The notes under the pieces were generated by a model. It was given only the letters and a program-made list of their open reading frames with translations. It did not search any database and had not been told where the DNA came from. Below are positions 61,741-64,000 of a DNA stretch of 64,000 bases, in pieces. The stretch lies in contig CAXIUT010000183.1 of NCBI GenBank assembly GCA_964035545.1, positions 1,426,001-1,490,000 of the forward strand, written 5' to 3'. Position 1 is the stretch's first letter. Every line of letters starts with the position of its first letter. The DNA is from Bugula neritina (taxonomy: Eukaryota > Animalia > Bryozoa). The translations under genes and the position numbers were made by a program.

Positions 61741-64000
61741 ACTGCAACATACTGAAATACACTGTAACATACTGAAATATACTGCAACATACTGAAATAC
61801 ACTGCTACATACTGAAATATACTGCAACGTACTGCAACTTACTCCAGCATACTGAAATACACTGTAACATACTGAAATACACTGCAACATACTACCACAT
61901 ATTGAAATACACTGCAACACATTGAAATGTACTGCAACATACCGAAATATATGGTAAACTACTAAAATATACTGTAACATATTGAAAAATACTGCAACAT
62001 ACTGAAATATACTGCGACACCTAGCAATATACTGTAACATACTGAAATATGCTCTAGCACACTGAAATACAATGCAACTTACTGAAATATACTGCAAGAT
62101 ACTGAAATACACTGCAACATCCTACAATATGCTGAAATACACTGTAACACATTGAAATACACTGCAACACTTTGAAATATACTGCAACATACCGAAATAT
62201 ATGGTAAACTACTGCAACATACTACAACATACTGAAATACACAGTAACATACTGAAATAAACTGCAACATACTACAACATATTGAAATACACTGCAACAC
62301 ATTGAAATATACTGCAACATACCTAAATATACGGTAATATACTGAAATTCGCTGTAACGCATTGCAAAATACTGCAACATACTGAAATTCACTGCGACAC
62401 ACTGAAATACGCTGCAAAATACTACAACATACTGAAATAAACTGTAACATGTTGAAATACACTGCAACACATTGAAAAATACTGCAACATACTGAAATAT
62501 ACTGTAACACACTGAAATATACTGCAACATACTGAAATACATTGTAACATACTGAAATAGACTGCAACATACTGAAATACACTGCTACATACTGAAATAT
62601 ACTGCAACATAGTGCAACATACTGCAATACACTGTAAAATACTGAAATACACTGCAACATACTACAACATATTGAAATACACTGCAACACATTGAAATAC
62701 ACTGCAACTTACCGAATATATGGTAAACTACTGAAATATACTGTAACGCATTGAAAAGTACTGCAACATACTGAAATATATTGCGACACATTGCAATAAA
62801 CTGTAACATACTGAAAAATGCTGTAGCACACTGAAATACACTGCCTTTCACTGAAATATACTGCAACATACTGAAATACACCGCAACATCCTACAACATA
62901 CTGCAACACACTACAACATATTGAAATACACTGCAACACATTGAAATATACTGCAACATACCTAAATATACGGTAATATACTGAAATATACTGTAACACA
63001 CCGAAATATACTGCAACATACTGAAATACACTGTAACATACTGAAATATACTGCAACATACTGAAATACACTGCTACATACTGAAATATACTGCAACATA
63101 CTGAAATATACTGTAACACACTGAAGTACACTGCAACTCACTGAAATATACTGCAATATACTGAAATACACTGCAACATCCTACGAAATGCTGAAATACA
63201 CTGTAACATATTGAAATACACTGCAACACATTGAAATATACTGCAACATACCGAAATATATGGTAAACTACTGAAATATACTGTAACACATTGAAAAAAA
63301 CTGACATACTGAAATATACTGCGACACCTAGCAATATACTGTAACATACTGAAATATGCTCTAGCACACTGCAATACAATGCAACTCACTGAAATATACT
63401 GCAACATACTGAAATACACTGCAACATCCTACAACATGCTGAAATACTCTGTAACATATTGAAATACACTGCAACACTTTGAAATATACTGCAACATACC
63501 AAAATATATGGTAAACTACTGCAACACACTACAACATATTGAAATACACTGCAACACATTGAAATATACTGCAACATGCCTAATTTTACGGTAATATAAT
63601 GAAATATACTGTAACACACCGAAATATACTGCAACATCCTGAAATACACTGTAACAAACTGAAATATACTGCAACATACTGAAATACACTGCTACATACT
63701 GAAATATACTGCAACATACTGCAACATACTGAAATACACTGTAACATAATGAAATAAACTGCAACATACTACAACATATTGAAATACACTGCAACATACT
63801 GAAATACACTGCAACACACTGAAATACACCGCAAAATACTACAACATACTGAAATACACTGTAACATATTGAAATCCAGTGCAACACATTGAAATATACT
63901 GCAACATACCGAAATATATGGTAAACTAATGAAATATACTGTAACGCATTGAAAAATACCGTAACATACTGAAATATACTGCGACACATTGCAATATACT

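Larger units (their letters stand above)
1..64000. repeat. Tandem satellite DNA array; 10-bp monomer / 20-bp dimer, consensus ACTGAAATAY-ACTGYAACAY; runs off both window edges
   Basis: Every line of the window parses into decamers related to ACTGAAATAT or ACTGCAACAT, all in the same orientation, with no non-repetitive interruption seen. The + strand is A-rich and G-poor (consensus dimer A9 C4 T5 G2). Confidence 0.99.

Noticed and set aside
28-63989. Hundreds of minus-strand ORFs (60-419 aa; longest 41627..42886, 51668..52885, 7786..8988) as protein-coding genes
   Set aside because: They overlap in all three frames, encode the same low-complexity peptide dictated by the 20-bp repeat, and begin and end wherever variant decamers create stops. 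There is no domain-like sequence or frame preference.
1-64000. CRISPR array or other repeat-spacer system (regularly recurring GGTAAACTAC / CCTAGC landmarks)
   Set aside because: Sequence between the landmarks is the same decamer repeat rather than unique spacers. There are no cas genes, leader or hairpin-forming direct repeat.
1-64000. CENP-B box (TTCG….A..CGGG) within the CGAA-containing landmark
   Set aside because: CCGAAAT supplies TTCG on the minus strand, but I saw no correctly spaced CCCG/CGGG partner.
1-64000. Telomeric or telomere-derived repeat
   Set aside because: There are no GGG/CCC runs in the consensus, and kb-scale HORs with inherited variants indicate recombinational amplification rather than telomerase templating.
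1-64000. Plus strand coding under an alternative genetic code (TGA or TAA reassigned)
   Set aside because: Both TGA and TAA occur frequently in all frames, the 10/20-bp period is not codon-compatible, and inherited -1/-2 indels are tolerated.

Overview
The whole 64 kb window is one uninterrupted, single-orientation tandem satellite array. I see no unique sequence, transposon, RNA gene or credible CDS. The basic unit is a 10-bp monomer alternating between an 'A' form (ACTGAAATAY) and a 'B' form (ACTGYAACAY), giving a 20-bp dimer (ACTGAAATAT ACTGCAACAT). This builds up into 40/80-bp sub-periods, ~250-370-bp modules marked by diagnostic variant decamers (ATGGTAAACT, CTAGCAATAT, GCTCTAGCAC, ACCTAAATAT-ACGGTAATAT, ACTGCTACAT, CCTACAACAT), and kb-scale higher-order repeats (618, 797, 1857, 2456, 2458, 2666, 2736, 4875, 5890 bp). 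HOR periods were read from constant offsets between identical ORFs in the supplied track and spot-checked against shared private variants. The hundreds of minus-strand ORFs arise because the repeat is stop-free on that strand. The interesting content is the architecture: nested HORs whose lengths add up arithmetically, rearrangement junctions that recur in one near-pure 80-bp tract, a central subfamily (~30-55 kb) flanked on both sides by a shared lineage, and strong conservation of 10-bp phase. The organism and any centromeric function cannot be determined from the sequence. A eukaryotic (peri)centromeric or heterochromatic satellite is an inference.
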